Shown here: positions 41,281 through 56,238 of the stretch, in pieces | Layout: the number at the start of each line of letters is the position of its first letter | How positions within the stretch are numbered: the stretch's first letter is position 1 | Origin: the human T2T-CHM13v2.0 reference genome, Homo sapiens | Assembly: GCF_009914755.1 (NCBI RefSeq) | Contig: NC_060929.1 | Strand: one strand, 5' to 3' | DNA: 64,000 bases | The notes under the pieces: model-generated | Told to the model about the DNA's origin: nothing | Database searches by the model: none | The model's input: only the letters and a program-made list of their open reading frames with translations | Translations under genes and position numbers: made by a program

Positions 41281-42618
41281 CATGGGTGCCAAGATGGCCT
41301 ACAGGAAGTATCTCCTGTGTGCTGAAAAGAGCTAATGATACTGAATCCACAGGCCAATCATCTGAGAAAACACATTGGGATTCATCAAGGCAGCAGGGGA
41401 AGACAGAGTGCAGATAGAAATGAGGCTGGACCCCAACCTGTCCAGGCTCAGGGTAGAGCCAGGAGAACCTCTCCAACACCGGAAAGGGTGAGTGGCTGAG
41501 TAAGAGTGCCTGGGAGATTCACACTTTCCACAGGGACCTGTGCTGGACTGGGGATGAGAAAATCACTGCAGTTCTAGACTGAGGCAGGAAGATGCCAGAT
41601 TTTTTTGGCAGCAACTCTCGAGTCCAAGGGGACCTCTATAATCCCTGGGTCCTGGAGCCAACCGGCATGGTTGCCACATCCCCAGTAGAGGTTGCTGTTG
41701 TGGTGCCTGGGAACGGTAGGATTGCTCCAACCCACCTTGTCAGAGAGGACTTGGCTCCAGCAGTCCCGCCTGGGCCCAAATTTGGCCTGCCATGTTGCCC
41801 ACCCTCACCATGGGTAGCTAGGTGAGCAACATCTGCTAGAGCCTCCAGCCCAGCAGTCTTATTTTGTGTGTACTCAGCTGGAGGGTGTAGCCTCCTGATC
41901 TTCTGAGAAACACCCTGACAGCAGGGCAAGTGACTGCACCCCAACTGCTCCCCACCCTCCAAGCCATGGATAGCTAGGAGGGCAATATTTGCTACAACTT
42001 CCCACCCAGTGGCCCACTTAGCCAAGGAACACAGCTTCCATTTGGGCCAGTCTTGATTCTGTGGGATCTCAGCTGATGGACACAGCCTTCTGTTGTCCCA
42101 GGAAGCATCTGGACTACAGGGTGAACATCCCCACCCACCCCTGACACTGGTAGCCAAAGGAGCCATGCCTGCTAGACTTTCTGGCTCAGAGGTCCTTCTT
42201 CTGCCTAAATTTGCTGAGGAATGCAGCCTCCTGTTGCCATGGAAACACATGGATGGTACGATGGGCAACCCTACCCATTCCTGCCTCCTGTAGCCAGAAG
42301 GGCCACACCCACTAGAGCTTCCAATCCAGTGTCCCACTTCCACTTGAACTCTGTGGACAGGTGCAATCCCATGTTTTCCCAGGAGGCACACAAACATCAG
42401 ATTAGGGTTGACTTCTTAAGGATATGGCTTATCTGCCAACTGTGGCCCCTGCCTGAGGGAGACCTGTGGACCAGAACGCTCAACAAAAGAAACACAAGCA
42501 TGGAGAGAATAATTGAAGGGGGCTCCTCCAAGACTCAGGAGATGACTAGAACCAAAGCCAGTCAACTGAATACGTGTTATAACATAATCAAACCACCAAG
42601 GGTATCAAAGAAGAAAAA

Positions 42619-42653
<35 letters not shown>

Positions 42654-45600
42654 AAAAGAAAAAAGAAAAATCCATCTGCAGGACAGAAACTTCAAATATT
42701 AAAGGATAATCAGCCCACACAAATAAGAAAGAATCAGCAGAAGAACTCTTCTGATTCAACTCAAATATCCAGAGTGCCTTATTTTATCCAGACAACCACA
42801 TTAGTTCCCCAGCAAAGTTTCTTAACCAGGATGAAATAACAGAAATAGAATTCAGAATATGGATAGCGATGAAGATCATCGAGATTCATGAGAACATTGA
42901 AACACAATTCAAGGAAGCTAAAACACAGTAAAACAACACAGGAGCTGATAGATGAAATAATCATTATAAAAAAGAACAAAATGAGCTGATAAAGTTGAAA
43001 TTCATACTACAAGAATTGCATAATGCAAATCACAAATATTAACAGCAAAATAGAACAAGCTGAGAAAAGAATCTCAGAGCTTGAAAACTGGCTCCTGAAT
43101 TAATCTAGTCAGACAAAAATAAATAAAAATGAATTAAAAAGAACAAACAAAAAATCCCCTGGAAATATGGGATTGTGTAAAGAGACCAAATCTATGACTC
43201 ACTGGCATCCGTAAAACAGACAGGGAGAAAGCAAACAACCTGGAAGACAAGTTTCAGGATATCATCCATGAAAACTTCCTTGACCTCACTGGAGAGGCCA
43301 ACATTTAAATTCAGTAAATGCAGAACACCCCTGTGAAATAATACACAAAATAGACCATTCCCAATACACATAATAATCAGATTCTCCAAGTTCAAAATGA
43401 AATTTAAAAATGTTAAAGGCAGCTAGAGGTAAGGGACAGGTCACCTACAAAGGGATCCCCATCAGACTAACAGTGTCCCTTTCAGTAGAAACCCTGCAAG
43501 CCACAAGAGACTGGGGCCTATATTCAACATTCTTAAAGAAAAGAATTTCCAACCAAAAATTTAATGTCCAGCCAAACTAAGCTTATAAGTGAAGGAGAAA
43601 TAAACATCCTTTTCAGACAAGCTAATGCTAAGGGAATTTATTACCACCAGACCTGCCTAAATGAGGTCCTGAAAGGAGCACTAAACATGGAAAGAAAAGA
43701 GCATTACCAACCATTACAAAACATACTTAAGTACACAGAGTATAGATAATAATACAAAGCAACCACACAAACCAGTCTTTATAATAACCAGTTAACAACA
43801 TGATGACAGGATCAAATCTGCACCTATCAATACTAATCTTGACTGTAAATCAGCTAAATGCCCCAATTAAAAGGCACAGAGTGGCAAGCGGGATAAAGAA
43901 CAAGACCCAATGGTATGCTGTCTACAAAAGACCCATCTCACATGCAATGACATCCAGAAGCTCAAAATAAAGTAATGGAGAAAAATCTACCAAGCAAATG
44001 AAAGACAAAAGCAGGTGTTGAAATCCTAATTTTAGACAAAGTAGACTTTAAACCAACAAAGATAAAAAGAGATAAATAAGGACATCATATCACGGTAAAA
44101 GATTCAATTCAACAAGAATACATATCTATGCTAAATCTATATGCATCAAATAGAGGAGCACCCAGATTCATGGAGCAAGTTCTTAGACACTTACAAAGAG
44201 ACTTAGATTCCCAAACAATAAAAGTGGGAGACTTCAACACACCACTGACACTGTTAGACAGATTATTGAGGCAGAAAATTAACAGATATTCAGGACCTGA
44301 ACCAACACCTGATGACATGCATCTAATAGGCATCTATAGAACTCTCCAGCTAAAAACAATGGAATTGACATTCTTCTCATTGCCACATGGCATATACAGC
44401 AAAAATGAGCACATAATTAGACAAACAATCGTTAGCAAATTCAAAATGGCTGAAATCATACCAACCATACTCTTGGACCACAGTGAAATGAAAATAGAAA
44501 TGAATACTCAGAAAATCACTTAAAACAATACAATCACATGGAAATTAAACAACCTGATCTTGGATGACTTTTGGGTGAACAATGAAATTAAGACAGAAAT
44601 CAAGAAATTATTTGAAACTAATGAAAACATAGGTACAATATGCCAGCATCTCTAGGACACAGCTAAGGCAATGTTAAGAGAGAAATTTATAGCACTAAGC
44701 ATCAAAAATGTAGAAAGGTCTCAAATTAACAACCTAACACCACAAGTAGAAGAACTAGAGAAGGAAGTAGAAACCAACCTCAAAGCTATCAGAAGATGAG
44801 AAACAACTGAAATCAGAGGTGAACTGAAGGAAACTGAGACAAGAAAAACTATACAAAAGATAAACAAATCCAGGAGCTGGCTATGTGAAAAAATTAATAA
44901 GATAGATTGTTAGCTAGACAGATAAAAAAGAGAATATTCAAATAAACATAATTGTAAATGACAAATGGGATGTTGCCCCTGAACCCACAGAAATACAAAA
45001 AGAAAAAACATCAGAGACTGCTATGAACACTTCTGTGCAGACAATCTAGAAAACCTAAAATATATGAATACATTCCTGAAACATACAACCTCCTAAGTCT
45101 GAAAGAGGAAGAAATTGGATTTGTGAACAGACAAATAACGAATTCTATAATTGAATCAGTAATGAAAATCCTACCAAGCAAACATCACCCAGGACCAGAT
45201 GGATTCACAGCTGAATTTTACCAGATGTATAAAGAAAAGCTAGTGCCATAACTACTGAAAATATTATAAAAATTGAGCATAGACTTCTCTTCAACTCATT
45301 CTATGAGGCCAGCCTCATCCTGACACCAAAACCTGGCAGAGACACAAGAAAAAAAGAAAACTTCAGGCAAATATTATTGATGAACACAGAGGCAAAAATT
45401 ATCAAAAAGAAAAATACTGACAAACTAAATCCAGCAACACCTCAAAAAGCTAATCCACCATGATGAAGTAAGTAGGGTTTATTCCTGTAATGCAAGTTTG
45501 GTTCAACATATGCAAATCAATAAATGTGATTCATCACACAAACAGAACTAAAAACAAAAGCCACATAATTATCTCAATTGATGCAGAAAAAGCTGTTGAT

Positions 45601-47820
45601 AAAATTCAACATCCTTTCATGTTAAAAACCTTCAAAAAACTAGATATTGAAGGAAAAATCTTCAAAATAATAAGAGCCATCTATGACAAATCCACAGTCA
45701 ACATCATGCTGAATGTATGAAAGCTAGAAACATTCCCTTGGAAACCAGCACAAAATAGGTATGCCCTCTCTCTCCACACCTATTCAGCATAATATTGGAA
45801 GTCTCGGACAGAGCAATCAAGCAAGAGAAAGAGAAAGAATTCAAAGGGATCCAAATAGGAAGAGTGGAGGTCAAATTATCCCTGTCTGCAGGGGTCATGA
45901 TTCTATATCTAGGAAACCCCATAGTCTCAGCCCAATAGCCCCTTGATCTGATAAACAACCTCAGGAAAGTTTCAGGATACAAAATCAAGGTACAAAAATC
46001 AGTAGCATTCCTACACACCAACAACATCCAAACTGAGAGCCAAATTAGGAATGCAATCCCATTCACAATTTCTGCACACACAAAAAAACACTTAGAAATA
46101 CAGCTAACCATGGAGGTGAAAGAGCTGTAAAACAAGAATTACAAAACACTGCACGAAGAAATCAGGAATGACACAAACAAATGGAAAAATATTCCATGCT
46201 CATGGATAGTAACAATCAATATTGTCTAAATGGCCGTGCTGGCCAAAGGAATTTACAGATCAAATGCTATTCCTATCAAACAACCAATGGCATTCTTCAC
46301 AGAATTAGAAAAAACTATTTAAAAATTCATATGGAACCAAAATGAGCCCAGATAGTAAAGGCAATTCTAAGCAAAAAGAACAAAGCTAGAGGCAGCACGT
46401 TACCTGACTTCAAACTATATTACAGGGCTACAGTAACCAAAAGTGTATGGTACTGGTACAAAATGAACACATGGATTAATGCAACAGAATAGAGAGTCCA
46501 GAAATAATGTTGCACACCTACAACTGTACAATCTGCCACAAAATTGACAAAAATAAGCAATGGAGAAAGGACTCCCCATTCAATAAATGGTCCTGGGGTA
46601 AATGACTAGCCATAGGCAGAAGACCAAAACCAGAGCTCTACCTTATCCCATGTACAAAAATCACCTCAAAGTGGATTAAAAGACTTATATGTAAAACTTG
46701 AACCATAAATCTGGAAGATAACCTATGAAATACCATTCTAGACATAGGACTTGGCAAAGATTTCATGATGAAGACATCCAAAACAATTGCAACAAAACCA
46801 AAAATTGACAAACGAGATCTAATTAAACTAAAGAGCTGCTGCACAGCAAAAGAAACTATCAACAGAGTAAATAAACAACCTACAGAATGGAAGAAAATAT
46901 TTGCAAACTATGCATTCCCCAAAGGTCTAATCTCCAGAATCTTTAAGAAACTTAAAAACAAATTTACAAGCAGAAAGCCAACAATCCCTTTTAGAAGTGG
47001 GTAAAGGGCATGAACAACACTTTTCAAAGGAAGACACACAAACAATCAACAAGCATATAAAAAACTGTTTGGAGTTACTAATCATTAGAGAAATGCAAAT
47101 CAAAACCACAATGGGATACCATCTGACATCAGTCAAAATGGTTATTAATAAAAAAGTCAAAATATGACAGATACTGATGAGAAAAAGAAATGCTTATATA
47201 CTGCTAGTGGGAATATAAATTACTTCAGTGATTTTGAAAAACAGTGCAGTGGTTCCTTAAATAACTTAAAACAGAATTACCATTTGAGCCAGCAATCCTA
47301 TTATTGGGTATATAACCAAAGGAATATAAATTGTTCTACTGTAAGACACAGGTACACCTATGTTCATAGCAGCACTATTCACAATAGCAAAGACATGGAA
47401 TCAACCTAAATGCCCATCAGTGGTAGACTTGATAAAGAAAATTGGTACATATACACCATGAAATACTACGCTGCCATAAAAAGGGATGAGATCATGTCCT
47501 CTCAGCAACATGGGTGGAGACAGAGGCCATTATCCTAAGCAAACTAATGCAGGGACAGAAAACCAAATACCACATGTTTTCACTTATAAGTGGGAGCTAA
47601 ACAATGAAAACACACGGACACTAGGAGGGGAACAACAGACACAGGGGCCTACTTGAGAGTGGACAATAGGATTCAGGAGAGGATCAGAAAAAATACCTAT
47701 TGGGTACTAGGCTTATTACCCAGGTGATGAAATTATCCTTATGCCAAACCCCCACAATGCACAATTCACCTGTATAACAAACCTGTTCATGATTCTCTTA
47801 ACCTAAAATAAAAGTTAAAA
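41281..47820 (+). mobile_element. Near-full-length old L1PA (PA15/16-like), inactive
   Basis: 5' gccaagatggcc, long 5' UTR, ORF1 remnants at about 42830-43740, ORF2 ATG 43803 ([18 protein letters not shown] motifs), 3' UTR ending acctaaaataaaagttaaaa. Confidence 0.93.
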
Positions 47821-48089
47821 GAGGATATAATATTTACTATCCTATTCATTGAAAAAAATACATTATTTTATTTTTAACCTTACATTAAAATAATAAAAAT
47901 TAATAATTTGAATATAAAATAATAAAATACATTATTTTATTTTAGGTACTGACTCATACTGATTTTTGCTTCTGCTATTCTGTATAAAATATTTAAATAT
48001 TTATAATTTTGATTCAATTTATTTGTCTTGTCAAATTCTAAGGCATTTTTTGCTCTTCTTTTATATTTTCTGTACTGTTGTGTTTTATG

Positions 48090-48500
48090 TCACTTAATTA
48101 TTGTTGAATAATAAGCCACCCTAAAACTTAGTGGCTTCTAATAAGAAGAAGTTATTATTTCACTCATATCAATGTTGATTTGATGGTTTTACAGATTGAC
48201 CTGGACTTGGCTGGGCTGGGATCATGATCATTTAGTTATCTATGGTCATATGTTGGGTTAACTGGGAATGGGCTGGTCTGGGAAGACCTTGGCTGAGAGG
48301 CTTCTACTTCATTAACCTGAGTTTTTGTCTCATGGTGGTAGAGCTCCAAGCAAGATGGCACAAGTGAACATTCTAAGGGCTAAGGGAAGTCACAGTGTCA
48401 GTTCAGAGTCAAAGGAAGAATTGCAAAGTGATGTTGCTAAGGATGAGATGACACAGGAATGACTGGAGAAAAGGGGCCATTTTTTGACATCAGTTGAACA
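48090..48500 (-). mobile_element. Old MLT1 LTR (H/I/J-like)
   Basis: ccaccctaaaacttagtggctt ... ggctggtctgggaagaccttggctg ... gaattgcaaagtga ... ggggccattttt. Confidence 0.65.
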
Positions 48501-48669
48501 CATATATTGTATACTTTTATTTAAATGATTACAAATCTTTCAGGAATTGAGAAGGGATTTTAAAATATGACAATAACTACTGGTTTTAAAGAAAACAAAC
48601 CATTATTTTAATATTTTTTAATTATTGATTATTGTTGGCAGTTGCAAATTATACAATGTCTTAAGGTAA

Positions 48670-49090
48670 GACAGTTTTCAGGCACAAAGATGAAGCATCA
48701 CCTACTTTACTTTCAGTGAGTTTAATTAATCACGAAGACGGTAGAGACACAAGGAAAAAACACATCATGGTTTTTAAAATGTGAAATAAAATTTATTTAG
48801 GAAGTCATGAATAAAGGAACAGTTAGGCCTTTCTGTGGGAGTTAGGGAACGTTTCCTATATATGGGAGAGCTGATCCTTAGCTGAAGAGATGAATAGGTG
48901 TTCATCACTGTGTGCGGTGGTGGGCAGGATGTGCCAGGGCAGGAAAGCATGAGGAAGGTGTTACAAATGTATGAGCACATGTAAGTCAGTGTAAAGAGCA
49001 GTTGGGAGGAGAGGGGCTGAGAGTACAGTTGGAAAATGAGGTCGGACTAGACTGTGAAGAGCCTTAGAAGCCCTAGCAAGGAATATGGAC
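48670..49090 (-). mobile_element. L2 3' region
   Basis: Purine-rich diverged L2 antisense motifs (gctgaagagatgaatagg, gactgtgaagagcctt...aaggaatatggactt). Confidence 0.5.
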
Positions 49091-52000
49091 TTACGAGAAT
49101 TGGCACCGCCTGTGAATGCAGATTCCTAGCAATATCCAGAAAGTAGATCTTTTCCAACCCCACTGGGCACTTTTTTTTCTCACAAAAAATTTGCTAATCA
49201 TGATTTGGACTCTAAGCAAATGATTGAGCCATTTGCCTCTTTAAAAAAAGTTTTTTAATAAAAAAAAAAAGGTAGAAGTTTTGCGGATATCTGTGGCTTC
49301 TCTCTCCTCTGTCTGCCACAACCAGCCAAGCAGCAGGATGAGTCAGATGGACCCACTTATGGCCTGTGACTTCCTCAAGTCAGTCTTCTATGCCTGCCCC
49401 TGGGCAGAGGCAGTCAGACCCAAATTGGATTGGGGGTTTAGAAGTCAAGCAAAAGCCACTGTAAGCCTATAAACGTATTTTACATTCTACAATCCAGCTT
49501 CCGCCAGAGTATCACTGGGGTTTCAGCATTAGTTCCATTAATAGAAAGTGTTAACTTGTTTCAAGTTTTTCATTTCTTTAGTGTGACTAGCTCTGGGAAG
49601 CTTGTAGTGGAAAGCTGCCTGCACCAGTGCAGATCTGAGGCCCCCATGCAGCAGGATGCTATGCCTAATATCTCCCTCAACATCACCATTGCCCCAAACA
49701 TATGAGGTAGCAGAATTTTAGAGCTGGAAGGGACATTATCCCTATATTGTGAGATCTCTGACACCAAAGGTAGAGTCTTGTTTACTTTACTATGATTATT
49801 TTAGCTCTAAATTTATTTTCTGGCGGGATAGTTTTCAATAAGTGACTATCTCATGAATCTAGTTCAACCTTCTTATCAAAAAGGAAAAATTGGTCACAAT
49901 TTTACAATAGTGTCACGTGTTGAGTTGTGATTGCTGTAATATTTCCTAAATATTTTCCCTCAGATTCTTTTGTAACTTTATGCCTCTTTCCTCCACTATC
50001 ATGAATAATATCTGTTGTTCTAAGCCTGGTCAGTGATATCATTTATATCTCACTATTTTCAAAAGCTTTTTATAATCCTAAAAAAAATAAGGCAATGTAA
50101 TATAGTTAATCCACATGTATTTTCAGAATTGGAGTGTTTATCGTGGAGATTACAACACAGCCCCTTAAAACTGGCTTAGATTGGTAGACTGAGAATCTGT
50201 TTTCTAACCTAAATTTACCTTACTAATTTTTGTAGAGAAGCTAATAATTGCTTCCTTATTTATTCTCCCTTTATAGATAATTTGCAGCCAACCAAAGTTT
50301 CAACTATCTTTTATTTCTACCTCTTATGGTTTGTGGGGGTGTTTTCCCTCAAATACCATAACAAAAGTGGAATTTTGACCCCAGGAACTTTACCCATATG
50401 CTATGATGAGTGAGTCTTTCCGGCTCTATAAAAATTTGATATAGAAACCTTAGAGTCTAGGCTAACTAGATTCTGTTAGGTGTGAAGATTGAGTGGTTAT
50501 TCAAATTTGAAGCCAGAGTGGATGCAAAACATTGGAGGACAGAACAGAATTCATCAGCAAACTTGTCTTTGGAGAAAAATAGGAGAGTGTTAGACATACA
50601 GTGAGAGGCAAAAGTGAAAACAATAAATGGTTTCAGCATCTAACTTTCCAATAACAGATCTATGTGCCATGGAAGTGCATTTTTTTCTAGTTCCACAAAT
50701 ATTTTTAAAATCATCTATGAGCTTTAACAAAAATAAACACCTATATGTATATCAGCTTGAATGCCTTCCTGTTCTTACAATTAAACAATAACTAATATGT
50801 TACAGCCTTTTGAAGTTTCTGAGTTAAATAAACCATTATAAACGCCCTTTCAGAAATGTTTGCCAAAAATATTTTTGTGTATGTTTCTCTATGTTCTTTT
50901 GTATCTAAGATTAGTACTACCGAAGATGACTTTCTTCAAGCAGTTCTCTTTTCCAGTTTTAACATGACCTTTGGTTATAAAGGGCACCTGTTCCATTAGA
51001 CTCTGAAATATTGATAAAGAGCTCTGTTTAGCTGGTGAACCACCAAGCATTGTTAGGTCAGCGTTTGAAAGTGGGCTTCCTGCTCAATTTTCCATTCTGC
51101 GAATGTGCTTTGGCTTTAAAGGTCAAGAATGGTACCATAGGGACTTTTGATTGCATTATCCTGATTTCTCAGCTATGAATCACTTTCTTTCCAAAGCTGT
51201 AGAAGGAGAGGCTCTAAAATAAATTTAGTCATTACCCCTTATGATATTACCTCCACTTCTTTGCCTGTCTGGCAAAATGCCTGATATTGGCTGACACTGG
51301 AAATGAGCTTTTTAATTCTGCCTTGGAAGAAAGGGGAAGAAAAAATAAAATTAACAAGATACAAAACAGCTTCACAATCCTCATTTCAACCTTCTATTAT
51401 TTGCCAGTGACTAATTTTCTAGAACACTGATTATACCTGCTTTTAAAGATCACATCATAGCTTCTATACAATTTATTCTGTTAATAAATCAATCCATTTA
51501 TTCATTTATTAAGGGGTATATAACATTGCACTATTTCTTTATTTCTTCAGGGTAAATTACTTACTTGCTTTTAATAAATTTATATTTTGTTACATTAAAT
51601 ATATAAGCCTAACTTGAAAATAGTAAAATACGTGCTCTTAATATGCCTGTGTATACTACAAAATAGTTATTCAAAGTATTTGCATTGTTTAGTATGACTT
51701 TAAAGAAAATGGAAAACATGCAACCATGGTTAAGGTATAAGTAATTATCTCATTTTTTAATCCATAATAATGTGATTATTTATTTTGCTTAATGCAGTCA
51801 TGACTCATGTAAAATCTGCATCTTTGATTGACTTCTTACAAAAACTTGTCTATTTGCAATTTTGTTTAAGTTTCTTTTGTGTTCAAATATTAAAACCTAA
51901 TATTCTGGGATATCTTGTGTACACAGTCATGCTGGTCCCCCATAATATCTTTCTAGGCATATATATATATATATATATGTATATTTTTTTATAAGCATTA

Positions 52001-52899
52001 CTGTTCCTTTCCCTCATCTGATAATTTCCTGACTTTAATGCAATCTGTCATGGTCTGTAGCTCTCTTGTCAGGCCACTATCTCTTTCTCTTTGCCATTTA
52101 TAGCTAATTTTTAGTATAATAAGATCTACACCCTTACAGAAACACTTCTTCCCCACTTTGTGTATTCCTAGTAGAAGAATCACCAATAATTGCTGTTTGC
52201 TGCCCATTGACCAAGGCGTAGACACCTAATCCAAGTTGGGACAATAGTTCACAAGCAGGAATTTGAAATGGACTTGGAGAAACAAAATGTCAGAGGTGGC
52301 AGCTCAGTTAAATCCCATACTGTTTTAGTCATTTTCAGTCATTAGAAAACCCACTCCATTTCTGATTTAATTTTGATTTATTTTTATTCAACTCCCCATT
52401 CCACATTGCTGACAGTTTTGAGAGGCATGTGACCTCACTGGTTGAGTAGAGATTGTAGTAGAGATGAAGATATGGACAAATGCCTTCCTCTCCCTCAAAT
52501 TCTCCTAGAGATGCATTTCAGGAAGAAGGAAAGCAAAAGGAGGGACTCTACGCATGGATGTGAATTGAATATTCATCTGTTGGCTTTGTTCTGAATCATT
52601 GTTATCCTGTGAAAGAGAGAAAGTTTAACAGAAACCTACCCATTCCCCACCCACCCATGGAGCAGAATAGGGGAAAAGGGGAAGGGAACCCTAATACATT
52701 GTCAACCCTACATTCTCAAAGAAGAGGGTCCATATCTGCCACCTGCCTTCAGAACGTTATTTTAAAGGAGATAGGGATTTTGTTTCTAAACTCTAATGTG
52801 TGTTAAATACCTTGAGTGACTCTCTAAATTAAACAATATGCTAGATAAGAAACATTAAAAATGAATTTATTGATGGATGATTATGAAAATAAGAAATCT

Positions 52900-54750
52900 T
52901 TAGAATCCCCAGATAGAGTTAAAACAGAAGTCCTGAGAAGAAGGCAAGAGCCAGAATGGACTTACATTCAGAGGGTTTCTGCCATACTCTGGAAACCTTG
53001 AGTTTTTACTTGAATAACCAAGTACATGACATGCGGCAGGCAATAATACTTATGATTTCCTTACAGTAGTGATGGTAATAGGATGAATAAGAATTAGAAT
53101 CAGCCTCCCAGCAGACAAACTAAACTTGACTATATCAAACTTATGGGTGGGTGAAGGAGCAAATATCTCACTTGAGAATTTATCACTTCAAACAGGCTGT
53201 CATATAGATGTTTGACCCAAATCCATGCCACCAGTAAGGTCCCTAGTCCCTGAAATAGAGAATTTAAAGTAGTCTAGATGGATAATGCCCCCAGAAACTG
53301 GTAGACATAAACACAAATACTGAAAGAACACAACTTCAACATTGACCTCAATGCATTCTTACAAATAAAGTTCAAAGAGAACAATTGGCTCAAATTCAGA
53401 ATTTAAAATTACAGGAGAGTGGTAACATTAGTAAGAATTAGCTGAAACAGAGATTAGAAAGAGATCTGCAATGATTTTAAATAATGAAATTGTCAGATAA
53501 AGCATAGAATATAACTATATTCATATGTTTGAAGATGCTAGAAAAAATGCAAAATATTTGAAGCAAATACAAGATTATAAAAAAAGAAAAGTTGCTGATA
53601 TGGTTTGGCTGTGTCCCCACCCAAATCTCATCTTGAATTGTAACTCCTACAATTCCCACATGTCATGGAAGGAACCTGGTGGCAGGTGACTGAATTGTGG
53701 GGGTGGGTCTTTCCTGCACTGTTCTTTTGATAGTGAACGAGTCTCACGAGATCTGATAGTTTTAAAAATGGGAGTTTCCCTGCACAAGCTCTCTCTTGCC
53801 TGCCACCAACCACGTAAGACGTGACTTGCTCCTCCTTGTCTTCCACCATGATTGTGAGGCCTCCCCAACCATGTGGAACTGTAAGTCCATTAAACTTCTC
53901 TTTTTTGTAAATTGCCCAGTCTCGGGTATGCCTTTATCAGCAGCATGGAAATGAACTAATACAATGACTAAGCATATGTGAATGAAAAAAAATTCGAGAA
54001 ATAGATTCAAAATTAATTTAATGCTAATTTAAATTTAATTGTTAAATTAAAAATGCAATGTACATCATTATTTAAGCACCACATTTACTCAATTGAAGAA
54101 GTAGTTTGATAGTTCTTATATAAATCTGATGATATTATCTCAAATGTAGTCCAGAGGCATAGAGATGTAAAACACTGAACTAAATCTTGGAAATTTGCAT
54201 AATATTTGGATACATACAAAGAAGTTCCATAATGATCTAGATATTCAAGAGTATTAAGAAGCTAAGATTTCAGAAAATATACATAAAAAATATATCAGTC
54301 TTGACCCCTTTCAGAAAAACTGCAGAACACAAAAGCAAGAGAAGATCTTACAGGAAGTGGATGACGTTGGAGAGGTGGCCACCTTCAGGGTAAAAATAGA
54401 GTAACTGCAATTAGCAACAATGAAGATAGAACCTAATGGAATTCTATCTGTATTGAGTTAGAGAAAAATAGCCTAAAATTCCATTTCTGGCAAATTGTCT
54501 TTTAGAAAAGGAGGAAAATAAGGACATTTTCAGATGATAAAACCAGAATTTACCACCAACCACATTTCTCACAGGTGAAAATTGTCTCAAACAAATGGAG
54601 AAAGGGTAAGAAAAATGTTTGTGAAAATGAGAGTACAGCTTAGTAAACATTGATTGCATAAAAACAAGAAAAAATGATGACTAAAGCCATAATTTCCATG
54701 TAAGTTAAAATTTAAAAACATATCCTAAAATAGATAGTATATGCACTTAA
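52900..54750 (+). mobile_element. Old L1M(E) 5'/ORF1 remnant interrupted by THE1
   Basis: A-rich diverged ORF1-like sequence (aaggacattttcagatg...ccagaatttaccacc). Confidence 0.5.
53596..53963 (+). mobile_element. THE1 (A/B-like) MaLR solo LTR
   Basis: tgatatggtttggctgtgtccccacccaaatctcatcttgaattg ... cccagtctcgggtatgcctttatcagcagc...actaataca. Confidence 0.95.
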
Positions 54751-56238
54751 AAACTAGAGCATGTAACACCCCAAAAAGTAGAGGGGAAAGGAGTGATGTT
54801 TGAAAACACAACAAACCAATTCTTAATGGAAATAGAAGTTGGGAAAGGTACAGAGGTTGGAGGGGAGGTTTTATCCTGGTCCTGCTGAAATGACAGATAT
54901 CTGCAAGCCCCTAGAGCGCTGTGAGGTACCACATCAGCTGGTCCTTTGAAATTAGAATATGGTCTGATTAACACCTTAGAACTCAGAGGTTACTTCTTGC
55001 TGTCAATGCAAGAAAACTAAAATAATTTACACTACCATTCTTCACATTTAATTGGGAAGGGGTAGAGTTCATCTTGAAAATAAAAGTAGTTTTGTGAACA
55101 CTATTTGATTAGCTGTAAATTTCATAATTATGAAACATGGAGGTTGAAATTTTTCTTCTTATTAAACACAGACTAAATGTTTTAAAATTAAAGACTTTTA
55201 TATTACAATGATGCATAATAATGAGAGTATTCTCTTCTCTGTAGTATTTTATAAAATAAAAATTACTGAATTTTATTTTGTTATACAAGACAAATATTAT
55301 CTTCTAATGCAAACCACATGACCTTTCAGTATGCTTCAACATTATTTTTCTTAAAATGAAGAAATACTGTAGAAATACTGTCCTCAGAATTTTTTCTTTG
55401 GTGTTACTATTTCTAAACGTGGATTCTCCAATATCAACAAAAAATTATCAGAATCAAGAACACAGTAAAGATTTCCTTCAAAAAATTTAGAATTAATATA
55501 TAATTCTGCTCTTAGCAAACTTTCTAACATCCTCATTTGATGAACACATGATAATATCTTTAGTGAAATAAGCTTAGAAAACTGTTCTGTCATATTTATT
55601 TGCTTTTGTAGGCAGGTGACATTAATTGGTTAGATAATGAAAAAGCTACTTTATAATTGAATGATCTAATCAAAGTAATCAGATCTCTGAGTGATTCAGT
55701 TATTTCATTTGATTAATTTGATGCATTATAACATTTTTATTTATGGAAATCAAAAGCTTAAAAGGTAAAACTGTAACAGGTAAGGTAAAGGATATAGTAA
55801 AAGTAAAACATAGTTTTTAGGGAGGCGAAATTAAAACATTTGATATCTGGATATTACATTATATTTGTTTTTCAAATTTTCTTTTTTTAACAAGAATACT
55901 GATTTTATATTTTTCCAATTTTGAGGCATAATCGACAAATGAAATTATATATATTTATAGTATATCACATGATGTTTTCATAGATGTATACATTGTGAAA
56001 TGATTACCACACTCAAGCTAATTAACATATCCATTACCTCACATACTTATCATTTTTTCTAATGACAGCATTTTAGATCTACTGTTAGCAATTTTCAAGT
56101 ACACAATACATTATTATTATCTGTAGTCGACATGCTATGCAATTAATCTACAGAAATTACTCATTCTATCTAACTGAAATGCTCTACCCTTTGACCAATA
56201 TTTCCCCACCCAACCTCCCCTGGGCCCCACATCCTGGC

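Noticed and set aside
41636-42397. Longest ORF in the track (253 aa, minus strand)
   Set aside because: Lies wholly in the GC-richer 5' UTR of the old L1, has a non-ATG start and no recognisable domain.
41260-47835. TSD for the old full-length L1
   Set aside because: The flanks (aagaatcat vs aagaggatat) do not match well enough to call.
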